Below the pieces are notes generated by a model. That model was given only the letters and a program-made list of their open reading frames with translations. It made no database searches and had not been told where the DNA came from. Both the position numbers and the translations under genes were made by a program. A DNA stretch of 64,000 nucleotides from Octopus sinensis (Eukaryota): assembly GCF_006345805.1 (NCBI RefSeq), contig NC_042997.1, positions 104,842,001 to 104,906,000 on the forward strand, in the 5' to 3' direction. Shown here piece after piece: positions 12,295-25,568 of this stretch (position 1 is the first letter of the stretch; the number at the start of each line of letters is the position of its first letter).

Positions 12295-13567
12295 TTGGGC
12301 TGGCAACTAAGTTCCCGCCATTTTTTTTAAATTTTGGAATTTATTGTGTTTCTAAATTTTGGAATCTATTGTTTTCGAGAATTCTCTTTTTGAATCATTT
12401 TAGAATCTATTTTGCTTTTTTCTTTCTAGTTAATTTTTGTCAATTTTTGTTTATTTTCAGATCATTAACATGGAATGTCAAGTTAAGAAAAACGAGCATT
12501 TTCGACACCTCCTCCTTTTTGCTTTTAATCAAGGTTCTAAGTTCCGCAAAAGCTGCTCCCAACATTTGTGCTGTGTATGGAGAGGGTGCCATAGCTGAAA
12601 GAACCGCTCGTGATTGGTATGCCAAGTTCAAAAATGGAAATTTTTACCTCAAAGTCTCACCTCGTTCTGGCCGTCCAGTTGAGTTCGATGAATAACGATT
12701 ATACCAACTTTTGCACGAAAATTCTCGTCAAACGACAAGGAAACTCACACTGCTATAGAGAAGCCTCTTCACGCGATGGGAAAGTTCAGAAGTATGGAGC
12801 ATGGGTTCAGCATGCTTTAATTGACAACAACAAAAATCAGCGAGCCATAATCTCCGTTAGTTTGTTTGCTCATCACAGCTCAACTCATGGAAACAAGCAA
12901 CGATTTCTTTACCAAATCGTTACTGGCAACAAAAAATGGTGCCTGTACATCAATATGAAGCAGAGTAAGGGATGGTTTAGCCCCAGTAAACAAGCACACC
13001 ACGCGTGAAACAAGATCTTCATTCACGTAAAACTATGTTGTGCGTATGGTGGGACTGGGAAGAGATTATCCATTACGAATTTCTTGAACTGAACAAACGT
13101 TCAACGCGGAACTCTATGTTCAACAGATGGAACGACGCAACACGTCTATTCAAGAGAAAAGACCTAATCGGCAGCATGGCGTTCTTCTGCTGCACGACAA
13201 CGCCCGCCCTCATATCGTCAATATGACCAAGGAAACCGTCCAAACACATGGCTGAGAAGTGCTGCCACACCCGCCGTACTCTCCTGATTTGGAACCAACG
13301 GATTTCCACCTCTTTCGATCTCTTTCAAATGCTATGCTCGGAGTTTCGTTCAATAATGATGCAGAATTGAGAGCTTGGTTGGATCAATTTTTCGAGTCGA
13401 AATCGGGTGATTTCTACCAACGAGGTATTGAAAATCTTGTTGAACGTTGGGAAGAAGTTATAAACAACTAGGGTGAATACATTATTGATTAATTAGTTGT
13501 TATTTTTTATTAAACCTTTTAAAACAATTCAATTTAAAAAATGGCGGAAACTTAGCTGCCAACCCAA
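12295..13567 (+). mobile_element. Full-length mariner (DD34D) transposon with inactivated transposase (12470-13492)
   Basis: ~31-bp TIRs (TTGGGCTGGCAACTAAGTTCCCGCC vs TTGGGTTGGCAGCTAAGTTTCCGCC), TA on both sides, 1273 bp. Motifs MECQVKKNEHFR, RSGRP, AWVQHAL (WVPHEL), IVTGNKKW (D to N), HDNARPH, YSPDLEPTDFHLF; several frameshifts and stops. Confidence 0.95.
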
Positions 13568-15594
13568 TACTTAACTTGGCTTGAATGCCCTTGTTATAAT
13601 CAGATATACATTTACTATATAATCATTTCCACAGAGCTATTTTTATATAGATACAATGTTATTTTTTTAATAGACAAATTCAAAATAGATGCAAGTAAAA
13701 ATTATATTTTGGGCAGCGTCCAAATCCAGTTGACAAAGCAACACCATAGAAACTCCACAACAACTCCACTTTTCACAATATTTTTATTTCCCTTCGAATC
13801 TAAATCTGTAAGGTTATGAGTTAAATGAAAAATCGATGTTCCATTACGGCGTGAGAGGAGTAAATTGGTAAGGCATAACTAGACAGGATGATGACGTGTA
13901 AGATCTTTGTACTTCAACATTCTATGTTCTCTGGAACTTTCTTTCGCGGTTGATATTAAGGTACATTATACAATGCTTTTGCAAAAACTGTCCTTATATC
14001 TAAGTAAGAATCAAAAACTCTGTCACTGAAGTATCTCAGAAAAATGGGTAAGACGCCCATCGGATGCAGTTGATTATTGATGTAGCTCATCTGGAGCTAC
14101 ATTATACAGTTTTGTGGGTCTGTGCGCGATGTACAATGACAATCAAATTACACAAATGCATTTTTAGTGTCATAAATATATTCCTTTTGGTACCAGTCCA
14201 GATTCTGGAATTACGGGATTTCCACCATTCAGATATATGTAAAATCAAATTCTTCTCTTTACTTTGGTAATAATATTCTTTTCAACTACAATAAAGCATC
14301 CGTGAAATAAAGTTGATGAACTTGTATTTTTTCGCTGATCTGTTGTTTTTTCCTGTTGTTTCTCCTACAACTGTAAAATGAAGAAAGTTATCTTTTTTCT
14401 TTAAAAGTTGATAAATGTTTTGCTAATGTTGCATTATATCACGAACAAGCGTATCTTAAATACATCGGTGGTTGAATCAAATGTCACATTACTGTTTGCG
14501 AGTTACATTATTTCTGATGAACACTACATTAACACTACTGAAATGTGAACTCAAATTTTGTTACAGTAAAGAATTTAATCAGCTTTTTGGTTCAAAATTT
14601 CGTTCTGTCCATGGCCCTTTTATTGCAAATACACTGATACGAAAATTGGTTTTCAATACACATTTCTTTGTGATGCTGGTAGCGATATGAGGAAAAGGCA
14701 CTTATATACAACAAGAGAAGAATGGATTAGCATTAAACAAAGTGTACGAAAGAAGTTTAAAGTTCACTTTAATATTTAGAGAGTAAAGTGAAATTAATGA
14801 GAAGAAGCTGATGTTTTATAATTGGCGTCAGCTTCGGGGGTCATTAGGAACTCTGTTATGTCGTAAAAGTAATAATAATAATTTGTTAAAAAGAAAATAA
14901 TGGATTATATACCAATTAGTCTTGTAGCTCCCCATCTGGAGAAATTGTTGCATCACTGTCGCAGAAAAGAAAAGAAGAAAGAGAGGATTGTACTTGTTTT
15001 ACATAGCAAGTACAAAGAATGTTTTGATCATTAAGAATTCAGCTATTTTAAATGGCAGCTGAGAATTCTTACAAATTGTTTTGACATGTGTGCTCCGATT
15101 ATTTCAACTGCAATTATGACACGTCTAGTTTATCTTGATATTATTCTTGTAATAAGCTCTCAAACATTAATTTAGTGGCTATAACATTTTTTTCCTAGTC
15201 CTTCTCTGACAATATCAAGCTATGAAACAACATGCTGTTAATCCTGTTCACTTGATTCAATGTTAACACTTTGGCATACCTATTTCGAGAGTTTTACAAG
15301 AATTTATGTGTACATGTGTGCGTGTGAGTTTGTGACTCTGTGTGTGAGTGTGCGTAAGGGGTTGAGCGAAGGTGCGTATGTGTGTGTGTAGGCATTTATG
15401 CATATTTCCAGTTAGTGTAGAATAGTGTGCACTTAATAGACTCAGCGCATTGTCTGAATGTGGACATCTTTCTATCAACCAATCTGTCTATTTAACTATA
15501 TCTTTCTTCCTCTTTCTTTCTCTCTCTCTGTATATGTGTGTGTGTAAATCTAAACATATATATGTATGTATGTGTGTGAGTGTGTGTGTATGTA

Positions 15595-15644
<50 letters not shown>

Positions 15645-15672
15645 TGTGTGTTTGTAAATACATAGATATATA

Positions 15673-15952
<280 letters not shown>

Positions 15953-15962
15953 TATATATATA

Positions 15963-17050
15963 GGCTGAGTAAAAGTAAGCAACGTTTTGAAACATGAAAG
16001 TCATCACAATATATTTCAGCAATGCAGAAATTTTATTCATCAAATTAAGTACCATTACAAGCAATACATTTTACCGAGTTACAACTTTGTCTATTCCGAT
16101 AAAATCCAGAGTTCTAGAGTGTATGAACTCTTTGAATGCACTTTCAGTATCGGTTTGATTTTTGAACTCCTCTCTCAGGAAACCATTAGGGTACTTGAAA
16201 AGCAGTAGTCGGTAGGAGAAAGGTCTGGGAAATAAGCTAGGTGGGGAACAGGACATTAGAGAAACGTATGGTCGAGCAATGTCATGAAGAATGATTGGCC
16301 CTCTTTTGTTGACCAGTCTGGGATGGAGGACTATCAGCTTTTCGTTCGTTTTGGCCATTTCATAATTTTGCAGTAATATTTTTCCCGGTTTTTAAGAAGT
16401 TATAGCGTATGAGTCCTGCAGTACACACCAAACAGTCACCATAACCTTCTTTTTGAAGATCACGAGTTTGAGGAAGATTTTCGCTACTTTATTTTGGTCC
16501 AACCACTGCAAAGAACATTTTTTAAATTATTGTACAGAATCACACTTTTCATCGCAAGTTACAATACGGTAGAAAAATGAATTGGTCTGGTTATAAAGAA
16601 GCGACGAGCAAATTTCACATCTGCGCATTTCTGATTTTCATTCAAATCCTGTGGTACCCATTTTTCTAGACTTTTTGAATTTCCGATCGGATGCAAATTG
16701 TTGCAGGCAGTTTTCTGGCTAACTTGAAGTTCTTTTGCCAGATATCGAGTGGTTTTACGTGAATTTTTCTCATTGACGTTCTGTAATTGACCGTCATCGA
16801 TGACAGATGGGCGTCCAGTACGCTCATGATGTTCAAGTCCCAGGTCTCCACTTTAAAATCGTTTAAACCATTTCCGAGCTGACCACTCACTGGTCATTTC
16901 CTCACCACACGTTCCCTTGTAATCCGAGCAGTTTCAACTGCTTTACGTCCTTTTCTGAAGTTGAATAGCAAAATGGCTCGAATATCGCGCTTTGATAGTT
17001 CCATTTCAGATGATTGTAATAACGGTGAAAAAAATGTCAATGTTAATTTA
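15963..17050 (-). mobile_element. Decayed mariner, Hsmar1/cecropia-like, only one TIR seen
   Basis: MELSKRDIRAILLFNFRKGRKAVETAR starting at 17004; LHDIARP; C-terminus VTR..CI.CNGT.FDE* near 16033. Terminal GGCTGAGTAAAAGTAAGCAACGTTTT after (TA)n; partner TIR not found. Confidence 0.85.
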
Positions 17051-17902
17051 TTGATGTATTTGGGTAAGTGTGTGTGTATGTGTGTGCGAATTGTATGCAC
17101 ATATGTATGCATGTACTTGAAAGAATAGATATCAAAAAAATTCTATGTTATTCGAAAATTTAATTTGATTTGCACTACAGCTGTTTCAATGGCTGAATTT
17201 CAATTAGTGAATAGTTAATTTATTTATTTGAATGCAACGGGCAAATCGCTTCCTCAGGTACAAGTTTTGAAATTAAAATATCAGTATAGCTATTTTGAAT
17301 ATAACTGAAAATGCAAATAAGACTATGGCCTAGCTCTGCCCATCATTTTCAGCAGTACAAAGTAAGAACAAAGTGTCAGTTAAATCACTTTTTTCATTAG
17401 CTTCGATTTCATATGCAGTAGCATAAGTGTTGAAGTTAATGTAAAAGAAATTTATATTTTCGTATAAGTGATACAATTCAGATACAACAGTTTAAAAACA
17501 TTACGAGCCAGAAGCTGGACTAAGATTTAAAACAATTTTTATGCCAAACTTAAATGATACAAGTGAATATATAACAAGCGGGTTATATAGTATATTGATA
17601 TAGTTATTTGTATAAACTAAAAGAGTGCACTTAACGAAGTCTTTCTCCAACAATAGAACAGTGTTCAAATGAAAGCTGACAGCAATAAAACATTAAAGAC
17701 GTAATACCGTTAACGCCAATATTAAACCTTTTTCATCTATACATTCAGACTCAAAATCGATCAAAATAGAATTATTTCAATACAGATGCAAAGGTTTTTT
17801 CTTTATTATTTTGCTATTGAGTTTGTAGTGCATTTTTTTTACTTATTTGTTCTTCAATCCTTCTCCTGCATCACCTCCCCCACTTTCTTCTTCTTCATTA
17901 AA

Positions 17903-17904
<2 letters not shown>

Positions 17905-17966
<62 letters not shown>

Positions 17967-17998
17967 GTTATTATCATATTATTATTATTATTATCATC

Positions 17999-18048
<50 letters not shown>

Positions 18049-18093
18049 GTTGTATTATTATTATTATTATTATTATTATCATCTTTATTATTA

Positions 18094-18133
<40 letters not shown>

Positions 18134-18205
18134 GTTGTTATTATCATTATTATTATTATCATTATTATTATCATTATTGTCGACGTCATCATCATTATCA
18201 TCATC

Positions 18206-18249
<44 letters not shown>
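17905..18249. repeat. Long interrupted (ATT)n microsatellite
   Basis: Read directly from sequence. Confidence 0.95.
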
Positions 18250-18462
18250 GGCGAGCTGGGAGAATTGTTAGCCCTTCGTGGAAAATGCTTAGCGGTATTT
18301 TGTCCGTCTTTACGTTTTGAGTTCAAATTCTGCCGAGGTCGACTTTGCCTTTAATCCTTTGGGGGGGAGGTAAATAAATTAAATACCAGTTGCGCATTGG
18401 GCTCGATGTAATGGACTATCCACCTCTCCCAAATTTCAGGCCTTGTGCCTATATTAGAAAGG
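18250..18462 (+). mobile_element. SINE family A (GGCCTTGTGCC tail variant) flanked by (ATT)n
   Basis: GGCGAGCTGG...GAGTTCAAATTC...GACTTTGCCTTT...GGCCTTGTGCCTATATTAGAAAGG(ATT)n. Confidence 0.85.
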
Positions 18463-18474
18463 ATTATTATTATT

Positions 18475-19232
18475 CCTCTTTATCATGGGTTTTGTAGGAG
18501 TTCCTGGAGTCTCGCATGTGTAGTGGCCAAAGATTGGTCTTGCGCTGCTAGAATAATGCTCTCGGTCTCCTTTTTTTTAGCGTTCCTTTCATCAGTCAAT
18601 CCCACTTAATTTTTCTAGCAACTTCTGTTGTGCCTATATGGAATCGATTGTATAGTCCCTTCTTACGTAATTCTTCTTCGTGTTCTTTTTGTACTTCTTC
18701 CTTTGTTTTTCCTTCTTGCTTTACTTTCAATACTCTCTCGTTCCTAATTGTTACTATGAAGTCTACCTTACTTTGGGCAAGGTATCTCATTAAGCACTCG
18801 AGTTCAATACGCACGCAATCTTCCACACTTATGTGTTCTCTTCCTGTATTTGCTCTCTTCACGTATAGGAGATCAGTGTCTGCACGGGAATGATGGGCTC
18901 TATGCATTATTTCGAGCTTTCTTCGCTTCCTGTCCATCTCATTTAGCTCTTCCTCTGTCCACTTCAGGAATCCTGCGTTTTACCTAACTACAACGACTGT
19001 ACGAGGGTTTATTGCCGAAATTATGTTTCTGGCATTCAATTTTGAAGCCAATATTCTTCTCACTCGCAGCAGATACTCTGTTTTTGTTTTTCTTTATGTC
19101 GTTGTTTTGATTCCATCTGCCTCAAGTATTACTATGTGTATATAGCTGGGTTGAGGTTGAACTGCCTTCTTCATTTCACCACTGGCAACCATATGTCTTC
19201 ACTCCTGACAAGCCTTCATTGTCTCATCGCCA
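18475..19232 (-). mobile_element. R4/Dong-like LINE fragment: late RT/thumb region joined to 3' UTR and (TAA)n tail
   Basis: LEADGIK, KLNARNIISAIN, WTEEELNEMDRKRRKL..HRAHHSRADTDLLYVKRANTGR..ISVEDCV, WDWLMKGTLKKETESIILAAQDQ; then an abrupt jump to the 3' UTR. Confidence 0.85.
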
Positions 19233-19546
19233 TCGTCCCCTTTTCTGTTTTAGTCTTCTGTTTTCTGTAAATTTCATGTCTCTGTCTCTTACTCACTTAC
19301 TCTGTCTGTCTGTCTGTCTTTCTCTCTCTCTCTCTCTGTCTCTCTCTCTCTCTCTCTCGCTCTGCATATATATATATATGTGTGTGTGTGTATAGATAGA
19401 TACATAGATATATATATATATACACGCACACATACATAAATATATATATATTAAATACCAGTTGCGCACTGGGCTCGATGTAATGGACTATCCACCTCTC
19501 CCAAATTTCATGCCTTGTGCCTATATTAGAAAGGATTATTATTATT

Positions 19547-20225
19547 CCTCTTTATCACGGGTTTTGTAGGAGTTCCTGGAGTCTTGCATGTGTAGTAGGC
19601 TTGCTATCTGCAACCTACGGTACCATGCTATTTGTTCTTTACAGCTATCTAATACTTTCCTGATTATTCTGACGAGGCTGTCCGTGTCTCCTTCAGTTTT
19701 TTATGAATAGCTTCAGGTCGTCCGTGAACAGCAAGTGGTTTAGTTTTCCTTTACCACTTCCCAGATCGTAACCAAACTTTTTTGTTCTGTAGTATTTCAT
19801 TCAAGGGGATCATTCCCAGCACGAAGATCAGTGGGGATACAGTGTCCTCCTGGAAGATTCCTCTCTTGATTTTCACCTCTCCTAATATCTGATTTCCAGC
19901 TGTTAATTCCGTTCTCCAGCACTTCATGCTATTCCGTATAAGGCTTCTCATATTTTCTGCTACTCCATATATTTCCATTGTTCTTATTATCCAGAAGTGT
20001 GGTATCATATCGTATGCTTTACGCTCGTTAACCAATGCTACGCTCAGGCTAGTATGTCTTCTCGTTCAGTTCCTGATAAGGAGATCATCAATTAGGAGCT
20101 GATCCTTCGTTCTCACGGCTCCTCTTTTGGCTCCCTTTCGGTTCAACAGGTTGCAGCCCAATTTTTTCCAAGTGTCCGTACAGCTCACCGGCTAAAGCAT
20201 CTGACATTAGTTTCCACATTAGCGG
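19547..20225 (-). mobile_element. R4/Dong-like LINE fragment: core RT joined to ORF C-terminus, 3' UTR and (TAA)n tail
   Basis: KAYDMIPHFWI, KRGIFQEDTVSPLIF (GIFQGDSLSP), NHLLFTDDLKLF (FMDD; 19717-19728), then RIIRKVLD and the same 3' UTR as at 18475. Confidence 0.9.
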
Positions 20226-20376
20226 AAGGTTCGTTAGTTCGTTCGAAGGTTCGTTCGAAATTTGGATTCAACATTTCCCTTGTCAGGATTCTTGGCACAT
20301 AATGTCTTTCCCTTTGTCATCCAGATGAGTACTGCGCCTTCCAGCAAGTACTCATATACTGTTGCGCTATCCTTTC

Positions 20377-20430
<54 letters not shown>

Positions 20431-20767
20431 GTAAAGACGATGAGATGGCAGAATCGTTTGCACGTGGACAAAATGCTTCACGGCAGTTCTTTGGCTCTTG
20501 ATTTCTAAGGTTAAATGCCCCTCTCCCTAAAAATACAGGCCTTCGATCAAAATTATCAGGATCGATGTTAATATTTTCTTCGTTGCCCCTTTTGCATATT
20601 TTGAGGATGAAATAGAAAATATGTGTGTATATGTGTATGTATGAATGTATGCATGCATGAATACATGCTTACATGTGTTTCTTTGTGTATGTGCGCGTGT
20701 GTGTATGTATCTATTTATAAATATATATACATGCATATCTCTATCTATAAATGCATATAAATATATA

Positions 20768-20996
20768 TTTCTTTATTGCACACAAGGGGCTAAACACAGA
20801 GAGGACAAACAAGGACAGACAAACGGATTAAGTCGATTACATCGACCCCAGTGCGTGACTGGTACTTTATTTACCGACCCCGAAAGGATGAAAGGCAAAG
20901 TCGACCTCAGCGGAATTTGAACTCAGAACGTAACGGCAGACGAAATACCGCTAAGTATTTCGCCCGGCGTCCTAACGTTTCAGCCAGCTCGCCGCC
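20768..20996 (-). mobile_element. Full-length SINE family A with 15-bp TSD
   Basis: TGCATATAAATATAT at 20752-20766 and 20998-21012. Confidence 0.92.
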
Positions 20997-21121
20997 TTGC
21001 ATATAAATATATGTATAAATATTATGTAAACATATCATCTCAAACATACAATCAATATTCTGTTTTATATACATATTTGTGGTACATAGCAGTCATCCAC
21101 CTACACAATAAAAGCTACAAC

Positions 21122-21153
<32 letters not shown>

Positions 21154-21233
21154 TCATGTATGTGTGTGTGCATACGCGTGTATATATGTATATATATATC
21201 TATGTATCTATATATATCTATGTATCTATCTAT

Positions 21234-21279
<46 letters not shown>

Positions 21280-21404
21280 GCAGAGCGAGAGAGAGAGACA
21301 GAGAGAGACAGACAGAGAGAGAGACAGACAGAGAGAGAGAGGGAGAGAGAGAGAGAGAGAGAAAGACAGACAGACAGACAGAGTAAGTGAGTAAGAGACA
21401 GAGA

Positions 21405-21570
21405 CATCAAATTTACAGAAAACAGAAGACCAAAACAGAAAAGGGAACGAGCAGGTATATTAGCCCCACGCTCGGGAAGAATGGAAATGTCTTTGACATC
21501 AGATGCCAGGGCCCTTCGACATAAAGGGTTCAGAGCAAATACATGGAGAGAGAACGAAAAAACCGAGAGT
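21405..21570 (-). mobile_element. Decayed solo pLTR-like element of the same family as 49207-49777
   Basis: TATTAG....ACGCTCGGGAAG....GTCTTTGAC matches the pLTR block; eroded hammerhead ATGTCGA-A-GGGC....TGTC-AAAGA. Confidence 0.5.
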
Positions 21571-21813
21571 AAAAATGGGTAGGGATAAACTGTGCAACAT
21601 GATAGGTATATGTGTCTATATATATGTGTGTGTATCTATAGATATGCATTTATATTTATATGTATATATGTATCACTTTCCCTCTCTCTATATATATATT
21701 ATATGTATATACATATGTATAAAATATATATAGACTATATATACATACATATATAATATATATATATATATATCATATATTATATATATTATGTTATATA
21801 TATATATTATATC

Positions 21814-21845
<32 letters not shown>

Positions 21846-21888
21846 TATATTATATATATATTATGTTATATATATATATATATTATAT

Positions 21889-21933
<45 letters not shown>

Positions 21934-21959
21934 GCAAGGAGAGAGAGAGACAGAGAGAC

Positions 21960-22031
<72 letters not shown>

Positions 22032-22066
22032 ATATAATATAGATATATAATATATCTATAATATAT

Positions 22067-22179
22067 ATCACCGTGACCGACCAGCCATCAGATGTTGCTA
22101 CACATCGCTGGTCACAATGCGCTTCGCATTGCTTTAGCTCTCAAATGACTCCACACCGCTGGCTAAGCGAGCAGGCCAA
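22067..22179 (-). mobile_element. Short structured insert in (TA)n, probably a 5'-truncated SINE/LINE 3' tail
   Basis: 113 bp GC-rich block between (TA)n tracts. Stems GACCAGC/GCTGGTC, GATGT/ACATC and AATGCG/CGCATT. Confidence 0.5.
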
Positions 22180-22658
22180 TAATATATATATATAATGTAG
22201 TATATATATATATATATATAATATAATATATATATATAGTAGCTATATATATACTATATATATATATACATAATGTATATAATATATATATAAACGCGCA
22301 CACACACACACACACACACAAACACACATATATATGTATGTATGAATGTACGCTTGTATATAAACATACATACAATCACTCACAAGTATATGCTCCTCTC
22401 ATAACTTCGAGCTTGATACATATGTGGTTTTAATGTAATGCACATGCACAGAAGAACATAACATAGGACGTGTGTTGGTGTATACACGTGCATTTGTGTG
22501 AGTGCATGTATACATGTATATATATATATATATGTAGGTCCCGGGTTGAGTCGGGGTTAACCACAGTAAATAAGGTACTCAATACATAGCAGAGTAAAGT
22601 AATTTATTTTATAGAAGGAGCTTCTACAGGACTAGAACTCATATATATATATATATAT

Positions 22659-22735
<77 letters not shown>

Positions 22736-23069
22736 AAGGGATAGGTAGTGGTAAAGAGTGTGAGCAAGAGGGTGAAAGCGGATCGGATAGATAGATCGAT
22801 TGACAAATATACAAACAAATAGATGGTTGAATGAGCCTTCATTTGTTGATGTGTTCTCATGTATACAATAATAGGCTATGTATGTATGTGTGCTTGCATG
22901 TATATATGTGTATATGTGTGTATGTATGTATGTTGTATTAGTGCATCTATGTTTATTTTTATGTGCTTTCCGAGGAAACACAGATCATTTACCATATAGC
23001 ATTCAGTGACTCGTCTGATAGAGTTAAAAAAAAAATCATTCCTTTGATCTTTCAGGGGAACCTGCTGAA

Positions 23070-23209
<140 letters not shown>

Positions 23210-23210
23210 G

Positions 23211-23274
<64 letters not shown>

Positions 23275-23673
23275 TGTATGTATGTATGTATGTATGTATG
23301 TACAAAGAGAGTGAGAGAAAGAGAGAAAGTGAGAGAAACGTATAGGATATAGCAAACTTTTGTGCACATACAGACACACGTGCGTGCACTCATACACACG
23401 TCTACACACACGCTCATATACATACACGTAAAGCATAAAGAATGAAACTCATCAAACGACCGGTCACAGCTTGTTTTTTTTTTGTCTCCCACTCTGCCTC
23501 TTTTTAAAATAGATAAGTGCAAAAATATATACATAGTGGCATATATTCATTTAAACACACACACTCACACACACACACACACACACATACGCACGTGCAC
23601 ACGAGATATTTACTTGTTTGGAAATCTATCTTCGTCTGTGTGTATGTATATATACATATATAAATATACATAC

Positions 23674-23737
<64 letters not shown>

Positions 23738-24135
23738 TCGGAAAAAAACAGTGAAGATTTTGAGGATGCGTTAAATTTTAATATAAATTTATATTTTTCG
23801 TGTTTTTTAAATTATGTTTAACGTTTTAAGGATTTATATTATGTTTAACTTTTTAAGGTTTATGTTATGCATTTGAATGTATGAAATTTGTAAACATAGG
23901 GAATATATGAAAACCTATACAAATGTAGTTCTTCATACATTAAATATGTTTTCATTATAGTTTTGCTGAAAATATGTTGCTGGTATTCATAAGCCAAGTT
24001 AGACATATATAACGCAAGTTAAACGGGGAGAAATCTTTTTTTATACAGAAACATTTCGCATATACATTTTTGAGTGTGATAAGTCTAAAAGAGATTTTGA
24101 AAAGACCCCCAAAAATATTTAACATTTCACACACC

Positions 24136-24205
<70 letters not shown>

Positions 24206-24225
24206 ATATATATATATATATATAT

Positions 24226-24773
24226 ATCCAAAAGTTAAGGAATGGAGTAGATGAAATCCAGGTTACATATGTTTCATAGCAAGCGGAACCTCGGAAATAG
24301 TAATTATCCAAGCGAGGTGTATCCTGCAGGCTATTCTTCAGGTCAAGGGTATCTTGACTATATGAAGTTTACTTTAATTTTGGGAGGCCCATGTTAACAC
24401 ATGGTGGATTCGTTCAGAATCCTAACGGACACCACGACAATTTCGAACAGGATCTTACCACTATTATTAAAAACATAAAATTTAAACCCACAAACAGAGC
24501 ATCTAATCCTCGCCTAACTAAAATCGATGAAATTATTTAAAAACTCCAGATATAGCCTGGAATTCTCATCCACGCTTAAAAGAGATATTCTGATCAAATA
24601 TTCTGTGTGTTAACATGGGCCTCATGACAACAATATAAACTTCTTATACCCAAGATACGTTTGGCTTGAAGAGTGGCCTGCAGTATATACCTTGCTTGGA
24701 TAATTATTACTTTCGCTCGCTATGAAACATACGCAACCCGGATTTTATCTGTTCCATTCATTAACTCTTAGAT
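24226..24773. mobile_element. Fold-back element or long-TIR MITE (~175-bp imperfect arms, ~205-bp spacer)
   Basis: 24226-24401 is the reverse complement of 24606-24773 (e.g. TATGTTTCATAGC/GCTATGAAACATA, TAATTATCCAAGC/GCTTGGATAATTA, GAGGCCCATGTTAACACA/TGTGTTAACATGGGCCTC); TA-rich flanks. Confidence 0.85.
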
Positions 24774-24981
24774 TTATATCCGCATACCTAGCAATCCTGG
24801 CAGCCTACTGCGAAATATAAAATAATTTTTTTCAGGTTGTCATATTTGGATACGGGAAAAATTCACAATCTTCCGCACCAATAAAGCACTACTGTTCCTG
24901 AGAGTTGTCTTTTCTTAAATATTTTCTATCGAGTGCTTGAAGCTAACTTTCTTCTTACACCTTTATCCTTGAACTTACATT

Positions 24982-25049
<68 letters not shown>

Positions 25050-25503
25050 CACAAGCTGAAAGGTATATGAATAGATATACATATATATATACATACTTAA
25101 TGTATATACATACATATAAATATATATATATATATAAATATGTATATATATATACATACATATATATAAATACATATATATATTTATATGCATATACAAA
25201 CCTACATATAATCATAAATATAATAATCTTATAATTATAAGCATAATTATAGAATTTTTGTATAAGGTTACTGATAAAGGTTATTTTAACATGCCGAACT
25301 ACTTGGTAAAATTATTAATTAATTAATTAGTTTTACCCTTTATTATTATTATTATAAACATAAATATATATATATATGTATATATAAAGTATATATATAT
25401 ATATGTGTGTGTATATATATACATACATATCTATATATCAATATATATATATATGTATATGACTGTATATATGTGTATGTATATATATATATGTATGTAT
25501 ATG

Positions 25504-25568
<65 letters not shown>

